A stretch of DNA of 25,174 nt from a virus. Lineage: Duplodnaviria; Caudoviricetes. The stretch spans positions 1-25,174 of IMG/VR virus record IMGVR_UViG_3300031811_000011; one strand, 5' to 3'. A model generated the notes under the pieces. It saw only the letters and a list, made by a program, of their open reading frames with translations, did no database searches and was not told the origin of the DNA. Positions 8,496-17,510 of the stretch are shown one piece after another. Position numbers and translations under genes: made by a program. Positions within the stretch are counted from its first letter, which is position 1, and the number at the start of each line of letters is the position of its first letter.

Positions 8496-9510
8496 ATACT
8501 ATGTTTATGGGTTGCCCTCTTGACTTCCTCATATCTTCAATAACTTGGCTTGGAGTTTTCTCCAGTTCCTCGTCCTCTCCAATCTTAGCTGTCTTTCGGG
8601 CCTGTTTTGGTTCAGAGACTATTCTTTTCTTTCTTGCGGATCGTTCATTACTCTTTCCGTTAGATAGATTAAGATTAGCCCATTCTCTCGCATACTCAGC
8701 GGCGGCTTGGATAATGTGTCCCGGTGCCATGTCAGGTCTTTCCTTCATAATGGTAACCGTTCTATTATCTGCAATAGCCCTTAACTCAGGCGTATTGGCA
8801 ATCTCAGGATACTCAGACTCAAACCAAGAAACTGCTTCCTTGACTGATTTTTCATATACCTGCTGTTGCTGTTTAGCCTGTGCCACTTGTTGGCGAGCAA
8901 AAGCTTGATTTAAAGCTTTATTAACTGCTTCCTCTACATTTGGGGTGGCATCTTGCGAGCGTCCCGTAGTCAAAGTCTGCAACAATTCTGCGGCTTTATC
9001 CGCATCATCTTCATACAACGCTTGGTGGTACTCCTTTACTTTTTCTTTATAAGAATCAGTATCGGGTACTTCCTCCTCGCCCTCTGGGGGTGGAGAAGAT
9101 TGTTTTGCTTTTAACTGCATTACGTAATTTCGTAATTGCTGTTCTTTTTCCTGAAGAAACCTTTCCTTTTGGGCGGCTGCTTCAAACCTTCTTTGTGAGG
9201 CTACATCTTTTTGATGAGAAGTTTTTAATCCCTCAAAAGGAACCTGAACCTCTTCACCATTTACTTTGACTGAAGTAACCCACTGTCCATCATTTGTCTG
9301 CCATACAGGAGATTTCGGGTCTTCTTGTTGTATTTCTTCCTCAACCCCCTCTTCAGACAATTCTTCTGAGGATTCTTCAATCATTTGCTGGACTGCTTCT
9401 TCTCCAACAATATCTTCTAAAACTTCAATTTCCCTAGAAGCCGCGATACTTTCCATCATCTCTTCTCTAGGTGTTACAACTTCCGCATCCTGTGGGGTAG
9501 CGTCTGCCAT
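8494..9510 (-). CDS. capsid scaffolding protein
   Basis: 338 aa; acidic N-terminus, VKVNGEEVQVPFE.L...Q motif, E/Q-rich coiled coil; immediately upstream of the MCP. Confidence 0.85.
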   Translation of the reverse strand: MADATPQDAEVVTPREEMMESIAASREIEVLEDIVGEEAVQQMIEESSEELSEEGVEEEIQQEDPKSPVWQTNDGQWVTSVKVNGEEVQVPFEGLKTSHQKDVASQRRFEAAAQKERFLQEKEQQLRNYVMQLKAKQSSPPPEGEEEVPDTDSYKEKVKEYHQALYEDDADKAAELLQTLTTGRSQDATPNVEEAVNKALNQAFARQQVAQAKQQQQVYEKSVKEAVSWFESEYPEIANTPELRAIADNRTVTIMKERPDMAPGHIIQAAAEYAREWANLNLSNGKSNERSARKKRIVSEPKQARKTAKIGEDEELEKTPSQVIEDMRKSRGQPINIV

Positions 9511-9525
9511 CTTACATCTCCTAAG

Positions 9526-9852
9526 TTATTCCGCTTCTTTGTACCTAGCCAACTTTTCAGCATTGTCTCCGTCTGCAATAATCGCATCCAGCCACTTAAG
9601 TAGCTTTAATGGGGTAGCGAGGTCATTAGATATTTTACGGTATTGTTTTAGTTCTTCTTCTGAAGAACCAGACCACTCCTGAAAAGTCATTTTCTGAAGT
9701 TCACCAAGAGCATTTCTATAATCAGCTATTGCTCTCTCAACTAAAGCTTTCCCGGTTGGAGTTCTTATAAATTCTTGTGTGCCACGACCAATTTTAGTTC
9801 TTGTTATTAACTCATCTATTTTAGGTGCGGCTGGGTTTTGATAATCTGTCAT
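9526..9852 (-). CDS. small helical head-module protein
   Basis: 108 aa, ATGA-coupled to the portal; typical position between portal and scaffold. Confidence 0.7.
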   Translation of the reverse strand: MTDYQNPAAPKIDELITRTKIGRGTQEFIRTPTGKALVERAIADYRNALGELQKMTFQEWSGSSEEELKQYRKISNDLATPLKLLKWLDAIIADGDNAEKLARYKEAE

Positions 9853-12065
9853 CCTACCTCATATGGTATTTTATTATATTTATCTCTTGCCATGGTTCCG
9901 ACCTTACTTACATTATCTTTGTCTTCTACCATGCGCCTTTCGATTTCTTGATCAATAACTTGATTGAGTAAGGCATCTCTTTGCAACATCAATTCCGCTC
10001 GTCTAGTATCTGCATCTTGTTGTTTTATACTAGCCTCACTTTTTTGAACATTAAGTTTTCCAGCATCAGCTTGAGTTCCTATAATTGTTTTCTGCAATTC
10101 TGTCTGCGCTCTTAACTGAGCAGCCCTTAAGGTAGCTTCTGCCTTCATCTCTTCTATCGTCAAGCGACCCTGCATCTTAACCTGATCAGTTTCAAGCATC
10201 TGTCCCATCTGATCAATCTGTGCTTGCATTTCTTCTACCTGTGGATCAACATCATCGGTCGGCATTAAGAATCTTGAACCATCCTTATATCCAAGTTGTG
10301 CAAAAACTTCTTTTGCTACCTCTTCTACATTAAACATTCCTTCCATCTGTGGAAACTGAGAAAGACTTCCAATGCCATAAAGAAGATTCTGAACTCTTCC
10401 AACGGGATCAGTAGCATTCATTCCAACATTGACTTTTAATAGAACATTCTGCTTAAGAAGTTCATCCATAACTTCATCTTGTCCGAAATCTATAGGACTT
10501 TCGGCTTCTTCAGACTCATCACCTATACCAGCAAATGCCATTACATGCTCATCTGTTTCGTAATACTGTTCAAGCTTTAACAGTTGTTTCAATACTGGCT
10601 CAACCCAAGTTTCTGCAAAAGTTCTTAAAACAAATTCAGAAACACTATTAGTATTGCCAGCAATTAACTCCATGCCGCCTACTGTCTCATTAAGGTTACG
10701 AGCGCCACCTACGGTGGAGGCTGAGAAGTTACCTTGCAGTTCATCGAAATCCATATTTATTCGATCCTGCTCTTGGTAAGCAGACGCAGTGACATCTCTC
10801 GTTTCAACGATTCTGACGTCTTGGTCTGGATCATCCATCTCAACCGCACCACCGGGAACAGACCTAAATAGGGCATCTAAGTCTATATTTCGATCCCTCC
10901 GAATATGGTAGCGCTTATTCATCGCCAACTTAATGTTGTCGAATCTTTGATTCCATATATCGTTTGATGCGGCTTGCAACTCTTCGGTGAGTTCTACAGT
11001 TGCTGATGGATAAACACGGTGCGCTTCAATGTTCAGCTTTCCCATCACGTAGGGGCGCTCGTTGTCTTTTAACCACGGATACATCTCTTGCAAAGGTTTA
11101 GGATCAGTTAAAAGATATTGAGTGCCAGCAGTAAAAAAGCACCAATCCTGACCTTCTTTCTTAATAATATTTTTATGGACCCATACAATTTTAAATTCAT
11201 CTACGGTTTCAAATTGATCTTCTAATGGGTCTTCTCTAGGTTCTTCCCTAGTCAATCGCAAAGTATCATCATCTTGTGTCTGAGTAGACAGAAGTTCACC
11301 CATAGATAATTTGTGCCATTCTTTGCTATCAATCCTTTCCATGACATCTTGAACGAACATAGGAATTAAATGGATAACATATGGAGATGAAGAGATAGGA
11401 TCATACCAATCTGAAGCTGGATCAATTCTAAAATTCTCTGGCTCTACAACTTCTATAACTGGAAAGTCTTTTATAGTGGAGGTTACTTTCTCCCTAACAG
11501 GCTTTCCTTCCATATCAACAACTTCGCCACCATCATCATCCACAGAAGCAAAAGTCTCATCTCTCTCTTCAAATTCCCAATACTGATGAGATACAACAGT
11601 TCCATAAATAGCCGCATCCTGAAGGGCTGTCACCATAGTGGTGAACCAAGGAATGGTATTAGTCAGTCTATACTGCATAATTGACTGGGCAATAGCTGCT
11701 CCAGCAATTTGCTGTGGATCATTAGGATTAGCGGGACTAATGCTCATCATATCTTCATTAGTGAAGAATGCTGTAGCCATAGCCGCTTCTAACTTTCTAA
11801 CGGTTGTCCTTGTCTTTGGTCTGAATAATCTAGACCTCTTATCATACGCGGAAGTTAAATACTTAGACCCCGGCGGATGCCTACTATTAAAGTTAGATAA
11901 ATTCTTTTCCCATTGATATCTTAGATTAGTATCAACCCAGTCAGTAGAAGAATCATAGGCATTCCTAGCAAGGCTTAACCATTGCTCATTTTTATCACCT
12001 ATCTCTTCACCACCAGCAGGAGGAATATCTTCATTTAATGGTGGTTGTGGATTAATAAGTGACAT
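9849..12065 (-). CDS. portal protein (P22/podovirus-like, with C-terminal coiled-coil barrel)
   Basis: 738 aa; RSRLFRPKTR, DAAIYGT, PENFRIDP, LQ...N...NQRFDN, NETVGGM motifs and a Q/A-rich helical tail. Confidence 0.9.
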   Translation of the reverse strand: MSLINPQPPLNEDIPPAGGEEIGDKNEQWLSLARNAYDSSTDWVDTNLRYQWEKNLSNFNSRHPPGSKYLTSAYDKRSRLFRPKTRTTVRKLEAAMATAFFTNEDMMSISPANPNDPQQIAGAAIAQSIMQYRLTNTIPWFTTMVTALQDAAIYGTVVSHQYWEFEERDETFASVDDDGGEVVDMEGKPVREKVTSTIKDFPVIEVVEPENFRIDPASDWYDPISSSPYVIHLIPMFVQDVMERIDSKEWHKLSMGELLSTQTQDDDTLRLTREEPREDPLEDQFETVDEFKIVWVHKNIIKKEGQDWCFFTAGTQYLLTDPKPLQEMYPWLKDNERPYVMGKLNIEAHRVYPSATVELTEELQAASNDIWNQRFDNIKLAMNKRYHIRRDRNIDLDALFRSVPGGAVEMDDPDQDVRIVETRDVTASAYQEQDRINMDFDELQGNFSASTVGGARNLNETVGGMELIAGNTNSVSEFVLRTFAETWVEPVLKQLLKLEQYYETDEHVMAFAGIGDESEEAESPIDFGQDEVMDELLKQNVLLKVNVGMNATDPVGRVQNLLYGIGSLSQFPQMEGMFNVEEVAKEVFAQLGYKDGSRFLMPTDDVDPQVEEMQAQIDQMGQMLETDQVKMQGRLTIEEMKAEATLRAAQLRAQTELQKTIIGTQADAGKLNVQKSEASIKQQDADTRRAELMLQRDALLNQVIDQEIERRMVEDKDNVSKVGTMARDKYNKIPYEVG

Positions 12066-12427
12066 TAATGATATTCTCCATTCAACTTTCCTTTATCATC
12101 CATTTTTAAATCGTTATACAAAGTGTTGTTAAACTGACCCCTTTGCTGTCTGAATCTTTCTAATATTTCTCCACCAGCATTAGTCACAACTTTGTAATTC
12201 TTGTCTATCTTTTCTTCATGAAGAATAAACCCCCAATTTCCAGACAAGCGCATGGACTTAACTCCAACAACTCCATCCATAACATGGACAGCCCATAACC
12301 AACCCGGATATTTTTTCTCAAGATGTTCTGCAACATTTTTAGCTAGAGTATAATCATGAACATTAAAGTCTTCATTTTTTTCTACTTCAAATGCATCTGT
12401 ATGAACAGCGGCTTTATCTGAAAGCAT
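12065..12427 (-). CDS. conserved phage hypothetical protein preceding the portal
   Basis: Track ORF 12065..12490; ATG 12427 (MLSDK) preferred because it lies just after the stop of 12429..12566. YPGWLWAV...LSG.WGF...AGGEILER motif. Confidence 0.75.
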   Translation of the reverse strand: MLSDKAAVHTDAFEVEKNEDFNVHDYTLAKNVAEHLEKKYPGWLWAVHVMDGVVGVKSMRLSGNWGFILHEEKIDKNYKVVTNAGGEILERFRQQRGQFNNTLYNDLKMDDKGKLNGEYH

Positions 12428-12428
12428 A

Positions 12429-12566
12429 CTATCTTTTCCTTTTTGGAGCGTGAAACGTTCTTTTACCATCATTAAATACATATGTAACAACAGGTCTGGT
12501 TCTTCTTGTAGGGTCAGCTTTATCTACTAACTCTGTCCAAGGAATTCTTTTTTCTTTTGTGTTCAT
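12429..12566 (-). CDS. 45-aa basic hypothetical protein
   Basis: Hand-translated MNTKEKRIPWTELVDKADPTRRTRPVVTYVFNDGKRTFHAPKRKR; ATGA overlap upstream, fills the gap exactly. Confidence 0.7.
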   Translation of the reverse strand: MNTKEKRIPWTELVDKADPTRRTRPVVTYVFNDGKRTFHAPKRKR

Positions 12567-13207
12567 GTAATGATTATCTCTGGAATATACTTAGGTTGAC
12601 GTACTAAAGGCCACTCAGGATCATAAGGAGTTAGCACAAGATTTCCAGCAGAATCTATAGTAAACCCGTATGTAACTCCGACTATTGGGAATAGAGTTCC
12701 TTTTCCCCATGTATCTGAAGAAGCCGCCCACGTTCCAACTACTTCATCCCAAGGAGCTCCAAGATTTAATCCAGTTAAAGAAGCGGCATCTGGATAAAAT
12801 AAATGTCCAGCTAATTCAGTAGGAGCATATCCAGTAAGAGCTAAAGAAGCAACAGGAATTACAGTATGATGTAATTCATCTACTGATGGGATACTTGTCG
12901 TAAGAGTTAAACTAACACCATCTGGAGTTATAACTCTTCCTATTGATATAGTAGGAGAAATTGGATTTTGATCCCAATCCCAATAAGCATCATTCCATTG
13001 GTTAGGTACATCTGCCCAGTCATAAGTTTGTATTAACTCTAGATTGGTATTACCTACTGCTATATTAAAGTTAGTAGAGTCAGAAGGTGCATGCCCAGTT
13101 AAGGCTAATGACCCCACAGCAGGATTTATATAAGGACCATTCCAAGCCCTACTAAATTTAGAGTCGTCCCAATCTCCAGTTGTTGCCGCCCATGTGCTGA
13201 TTGCCAT
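12563..13207 (-). CDS. repeat-containing virion protein with three Trp-periodic segments
   Basis: 214 aa; about 5-6 P..SLxLTGxAP-like repeats interleaved with three W-x6-W-x6/8-W segments; GGAG RBS. Confidence 0.6.
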   Translation of the reverse strand: MAISTWAATTGDWDDSKFSRAWNGPYINPAVGSLALTGHAPSDSTNFNIAVGNTNLELIQTYDWADVPNQWNDAYWDWDQNPISPTISIGRVITPDGVSLTLTTSIPSVDELHHTVIPVASLALTGYAPTELAGHLFYPDAASLTGLNLGAPWDEVVGTWAASSDTWGKGTLFPIVGVTYGFTIDSAGNLVLTPYDPEWPLVRQPKYIPEIIIT

Positions 13208-14836
13208 TTATGCTCCTGTTAGCATCGTGCCCTTTTCTGGAAACCACAACACATCTATTTTGGTAGTTTCAAACATATCTATTGCCTCTTCTACTGTTTC
13301 TATCAATGGATTTCCAGCCACATTAAAACTTGTATTTAATAGAACAGGCACACCAGTTATGAGTTCAAACTCTCTTAATAGTTCATAGTAATGCCACAAA
13401 TCTTCATCTACGGTTTGTATGCGACAAGAGTTATCAACATGAACAATGCCCGGAATTATATCTAATTTATCCTCCTTAACAGGAAATGATACAGTCATAA
13501 ATGGAGAATCGTTTAGCCCATGCATTTCAAAATATTCTTTTGCTCGATCCTTTAAAACAGACCCAGCGAATGGCCTGTACCATTCTCTATTTTTTACAGA
13601 GTTTATTATTCGTTTAGCATCTGGATTTCTTGCATCAAACAAGATTGACCGATTACCTAACGCTCTAGGGCCAGCCTCTGCTTGACCGTTATAAACTGCT
13701 ACTATCTTTTGTTGGGATATTAATGAAGCAATCTCACCAGTTGTAACTTGATCTCCGATATCTGGAACAACATCTTTAACATGATTAAAGAAAGTATCCT
13801 TTAATTTATGCACGTCAGAGGAATTACTTTTCTCTCTATAAACAAGCATTGCAGACCCAATGCTATTACCACTATCATCTGCAAGAGGCTCGAAATAGAA
13901 ATTAACGTGAGGTAAATTCTTTACAAGATACTCGTTAGTTACAACATTTAATCCATAACCACCAGTCATACAAACATTATGTATGGCGTACTGTTGTACC
14001 ATATCCTCAACTAAATTTAAAACTACTGATTGTGTTTGCTTCTGTACCTGATAAGCGTAATCAGCATATAAAGAATATCTATACTCAGAAACATTATCTA
14101 CCTGATAAAAAATATAATCTTTGTATGCTGACTCTTTTCCAACATAGTGAAAAAACAAATTAGTATTCGGTACGCCCCCAACAAACAGTGGTTCAAATTC
14201 TGAATCTTCACCGTAGGCGGCCAGACCCATCGTCTTCCCATTCTCTAGTATATTCTGTCCAATCAATGAAGTGGCAGTCTCATAAACCTTAGTTATGTTC
14301 ATAGTGCTATCCGCAACAAACTTACAATTGGGATACCTGCCTTTCAACTCAACTAACTTCTTATGATTATCTACATCATACTCCTGACCTATATTCTTAA
14401 GCCAGAAAGATTTGTATACGGGCCTAAACTCATGCGGATAACGGGCAATGAAGACAGTTTCCGCCTCTCTCATAGAACCATGATTTGAGCCATTCCTATC
14501 TATAACAAACAATAAAGACTCTTCAAATCCGCTATTATAAAATGCAAGACTTGCATGAGATAGGTGATGCTCATCACACATTCGAGACACTGGACATCCA
14601 AAGTGCTCTTTTATGTATTCCTCTAATTTATTATTAGAGTCATCAAGGTAGTCGGGAGAAGAGATAACAGCGTAATCAACGTCATCTAACGATGAGGCAT
14701 AATCTAGACATCTATATGGGTGCTTATCTCTTTTTACACCAGACAAGCGCTCTTCCTTTGAAAAATAAACTACCCTTCCATCTTCAACAATAGCTACACT
14801 GCTGTCGTGAAAAGGGGAAACCCCAAGCACTCTCAT
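13208..14836 (-). CDS. carbamoyltransferase (NodU/CmcH family)
   Basis: 542 aa; HDSS, EERLS..K, HHLSHA, GKTMGLAAYG, DDSGNSIGSA, EAGPRALGNRSIL, VKNREWYRPFA, HVDNSCRIQTV, LLNTSFN.AG.P all present. Confidence 0.95.
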   Translation of the reverse strand: MRVLGVSPFHDSSVAIVEDGRVVYFSKEERLSGVKRDKHPYRCLDYASSLDDVDYAVISSPDYLDDSNNKLEEYIKEHFGCPVSRMCDEHHLSHASLAFYNSGFEESLLFVIDRNGSNHGSMREAETVFIARYPHEFRPVYKSFWLKNIGQEYDVDNHKKLVELKGRYPNCKFVADSTMNITKVYETATSLIGQNILENGKTMGLAAYGEDSEFEPLFVGGVPNTNLFFHYVGKESAYKDYIFYQVDNVSEYRYSLYADYAYQVQKQTQSVVLNLVEDMVQQYAIHNVCMTGGYGLNVVTNEYLVKNLPHVNFYFEPLADDSGNSIGSAMLVYREKSNSSDVHKLKDTFFNHVKDVVPDIGDQVTTGEIASLISQQKIVAVYNGQAEAGPRALGNRSILFDARNPDAKRIINSVKNREWYRPFAGSVLKDRAKEYFEMHGLNDSPFMTVSFPVKEDKLDIIPGIVHVDNSCRIQTVDEDLWHYYELLREFELITGVPVLLNTSFNVAGNPLIETVEEAIDMFETTKIDVLWFPEKGTMLTGA

Positions 14837-14837
14837 T

Positions 14838-15383
14838 CTAAATATAGTTTACATTTACTACTAATCGTGACCTGCTATTAGTGCAGGTAGTAGAGCAGTG
14901 CTTAGTCAGTCCATCAAAAAGTAAAGCCCTATTTTCTACTGAATCTACTTTAGTGCCGTCCTCTAGTGTCGTCATTCCATTATTTGTATTAATATAAAGA
15001 ATAGCCACTTTATGTGGATAAAAATTATCAACATGAAAGTTATTCTGTATTTTTTTATGGGTATGAGGGTAATTATTTACCCTTAATTTAATTAATGAAT
15101 TAACTTCTAACTTGTGGACAAAGGGAAGAAATAGATTATAGAAGCCACTTGTAACCCCTCTTGGATATCCTTCTTCACTATCCTGTCTAATGCTTGAAAA
15201 TAGAACGTGTGAAAAGTACGTGTCCAACATGCTCTCTTCATCACCAACCCCAGATACCTTATCTTGATGATACCAAGGAAACCCGGCGCTAAGTAACATA
15301 TTCTTTATTGGTAGAAACTCACTCTCGATTAAGAAGTTATCTATTACTTCATAAGGTTTCAAACGTAACTTCTTATTCGGCAT
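14838..15383 (-). CDS. 2OG-Fe(II) oxygenase superfamily protein
   Basis: 181 aa; VIDNFL, FHVD (HxD), AILYINTNNG.T, ENR.LLFDG...H, R.VVNVNY. Confidence 0.8.
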   Translation of the reverse strand: MPNKKLRLKPYEVIDNFLIESEFLPIKNMLLSAGFPWYHQDKVSGVGDEESMLDTYFSHVLFSSIRQDSEEGYPRGVTSGFYNLFLPFVHKLEVNSLIKLRVNNYPHTHKKIQNNFHVDNFYPHKVAILYINTNNGMTTLEDGTKVDSVENRALLFDGLTKHCSTTCTNSRSRLVVNVNYI

Positions 15384-16113
15384 AAAGTGTTACTTCTCCA
15401 CAAAGAGTAACCCTTTGCACGTCTGCCTGAAACGCATGAACATAATGGTTAACCCAAGAGGGCCAAATCATTAGGTCACCTCTTTCAGTTAATTTTGCAA
15501 ACTGCGCTATACAAAACGGCAACCTCTCTTCTCCATAATTCCATTGAGTAGTTCCCGGCCCTTCAGATGTTACTCTATTAGAATTAAGTAAGTATTCTTC
15601 CTGTATCTCTTTAGGAATTTGTAATGTTATGCAAAATTGTAAATCACCGCCGTGAGTATGTGAAGGGAAATACTCTGTTTTACTTTGAAAATTTACCCAC
15701 AACTTATCAAGCCGCCAGATTATATTATGATCTCCTGAACTATCTACGTCTAGTTCTGGATTCCTTCCTATTATATGCCTAAAGGAGTTAGGGTTATATT
15801 TTTTAGCGGCTTCTAAATATAAAGAAATATACTTTGAAAATTTTGAATTAAACCACACAGAAGGGTTCTTGAATTCAAATCCATAGGTTCTTACTAAGGA
15901 ACCCCAACTAGAGTTTTCTTCTTCAGTTTTTAATGCCTTCTTTCTGTTCTTCTTGCTTTTATCCAAGAGAAACTTCACAAGATCAGGATGTATCTTACTG
16001 CAAAGGAGGAATGGCCCCCAGAAAGGAAACCAATAACCTATCTCTTCATCTTCACCATTTTCTCGCATCATCTTTTCATAAAGGTAATCTTTTACTTTAA
16101 ACTGGGGAGTCAA
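15373..16113 (-). CDS. putative 2OG-Fe(II) oxygenase
   Basis: LWVNFQ...EY.P.HTH.GDL, GDLMIWPSWVNHYV..F....RVT. Start probably TTG 16113 (TTGA overlap, AGAGG upstream) rather than 16149. Confidence 0.8.
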   Translation of the reverse strand: MTPQFKVKDYLYEKMMRENGEDEEIGYWFPFWGPFLLCSKIHPDLVKFLLDKSKKNRKKALKTEEENSSWGSLVRTYGFEFKNPSVWFNSKFSKYISLYLEAAKKYNPNSFRHIIGRNPELDVDSSGDHNIIWRLDKLWVNFQSKTEYFPSHTHGGDLQFCITLQIPKEIQEEYLLNSNRVTSEGPGTTQWNYGEERLPFCIAQFAKLTERGDLMIWPSWVNHYVHAFQADVQRVTLCGEVTLYAE

Positions 16114-16274
16114 ACCTCTATCTCTTGCCCCCACTTTCCTACGGGACAAGACATAAACTTATACTTAGTTTTAACCGCCATCACGCATCCACACTTCTTG
16201 CAAAAATAGTTTTTATAATACTCGCATTCTTCGCATATGTCCAGTCTCTTTTTGGCTAAACTCTTATCCCTCAA
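16110..16274 (-). CDS. small Cys-rich protein (DUF6171-like)
   Basis: RLDICEECE...CKKCGCVM..K......CPVGKW. Start uncertain (TTG 16274 or 16298); the track start at 16388 overlaps the upstream gene too far. Confidence 0.75.
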   Translation of the reverse strand: MRDKSLAKKRLDICEECEYYKNYFCKKCGCVMAVKTKYKFMSCPVGKWGQEIEV

Positions 16275-16644
16275 AGTCTGGGTCGTATTCAGAAACAAAG
16301 TCCCACTCTCCAGTGCCTTCATTCCATTCATATAAATATCTTTCATCTGGATAGGGTTTTGGACACTCCCATAGACAAGTACTTTCATTTAAAGTCCATG
16401 ATGGGTATGGTTGCGGTGGAATAAACACATCCCTAGTTACGTCATATGTGAATCCAACACCTGCATAGTTTTTCCTAAGCGCGACACCATTATCTTCTTC
16501 ATTTGAATTTGGAGCGTAATGCTTTCCGCCCCTTGTATTGTAAGAGGTCTGAACCCATTGCCCATCTACAGTATCTACATGGTTCTGTTCAGCAACTATA
16601 ACATTGGTGACAATTCCACTTTCTACTTTAGCAAAATGACTCAT
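16264..16644 (-). CDS. conserved protein accompanying glycine-rich fibres (assembly/chaperone-like)
   Basis: 126 aa; MxHFAK, WVQTSYNT, RKNYAG.GFTYD..RD.FIPPQPYPSW.LNE..C.W..P..YP motif; ATGA-coupled to the Gly-rich gene. Confidence 0.7.
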   Translation of the reverse strand: MSHFAKVESGIVTNVIVAEQNHVDTVDGQWVQTSYNTRGGKHYAPNSNEEDNGVALRKNYAGVGFTYDVTRDVFIPPQPYPSWTLNESTCLWECPKPYPDERYLYEWNEGTGEWDFVSEYDPDFEG

Positions 16645-17501
16645 ACTTCATACCTCACTACTACAATTCCTGAACCACCGTTTCCGCCAGCATAACCACC
16701 CTGACCGCCGCTACCGCCGCCCCCTGCACCGAGGTTTGCGGTTCCTGACGTACCAGCGGAATTTCCTACTGCTCCAGCACCACCTCCGCCATTCCCACCA
16801 GCGCCAGCCGAGCCGCACCATGCGCCCCCGCCGCCCCCGCCGCCGTAATAAACGTCTGAGCCAGTTTGGTAATCATTTTGGAGTCCAGTATATCCAGCAG
16901 TAGGCCCATTGCCTGATGACCAGCCTGCTCCTGCTCCGCCACCTCCGCCTCCGTAGTGACAGCCACCCCAATATCCTGTTCCTCCGGTATTTCCATAGCC
17001 AGTACCCGTATGGGTGCTTGGGTCACTTTGGTTACTTGTACCTCCGGGCCACGTTGCGCCACCCCACGGAGCGCCACCACCGCCTCCCGATCCACCGACT
17101 TGGCCGGGACCGTTTGACTCGTAGTTTCCTCCACCGCCTCCAGCATTAGCAGTTTCACTAAAAGCAGTTGTATTATTTCCGGGATACTGACCAGAACCAG
17201 CCGAGCCAGTTCCACCGCCACCTATGGTAATGGTATATTCTTGAGCACTAAGAACTGCCTCTGTTAATACGATCATGCCTCCGGCTCCGCCACCACCAGC
17301 ATGATGACCACCTCCAGCACCTGCTCCTGCCATCATCATTGCTTCAACTTTACCACCTTTGGTTACAGTTAGAGTTCCAGTCGAATTAAATGTATGAACT
17401 GAATAGCCTGTATAACTGGAAGTTGTTCCACCAGTGGCCTCAGCCCATCCTACTGCTGCGGATGCGGCCTGTAAACATATCTTATTCGCTCCTAAAGACA
17501 T
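16641..17501 (-). CDS. glycine-rich tail fibre tip / adhesin-like protein
   Basis: 286 aa; ATGG...Y.VHTF..TG, many GGGGG runs, terminal GGNGGSGIVVVRY. Confidence 0.8.
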   Translation of the reverse strand: MSLGANKICLQAASAAVGWAEATGGTTSSYTGYSVHTFNSTGTLTVTKGGKVEAMMMAGAGAGGGHHAGGGGAGGMIVLTEAVLSAQEYTITIGGGGTGSAGSGQYPGNNTTAFSETANAGGGGGNYESNGPGQVGGSGGGGGAPWGGATWPGGTSNQSDPSTHTGTGYGNTGGTGYWGGCHYGGGGGGAGAGWSSGNGPTAGYTGLQNDYQTGSDVYYGGGGGGGAWCGSAGAGGNGGGGAGAVGNSAGTSGTANLGAGGGGSGGQGGYAGGNGGSGIVVVRYEV

Positions 17502-17510
17502 ATAATTCTC

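Noticed and set aside
14838-15383. DNA endonuclease/repair annotation for the 181-aa protein
   Set aside because: The HxD...H...R pattern fits a 2OG-Fe(II) oxygenase fold instead.
16766-17221. 151-aa alternate-frame ORF inside the Gly-rich gene
   Set aside because: Expected by-product of GGN codon runs, which lack stops in the shifted frame.
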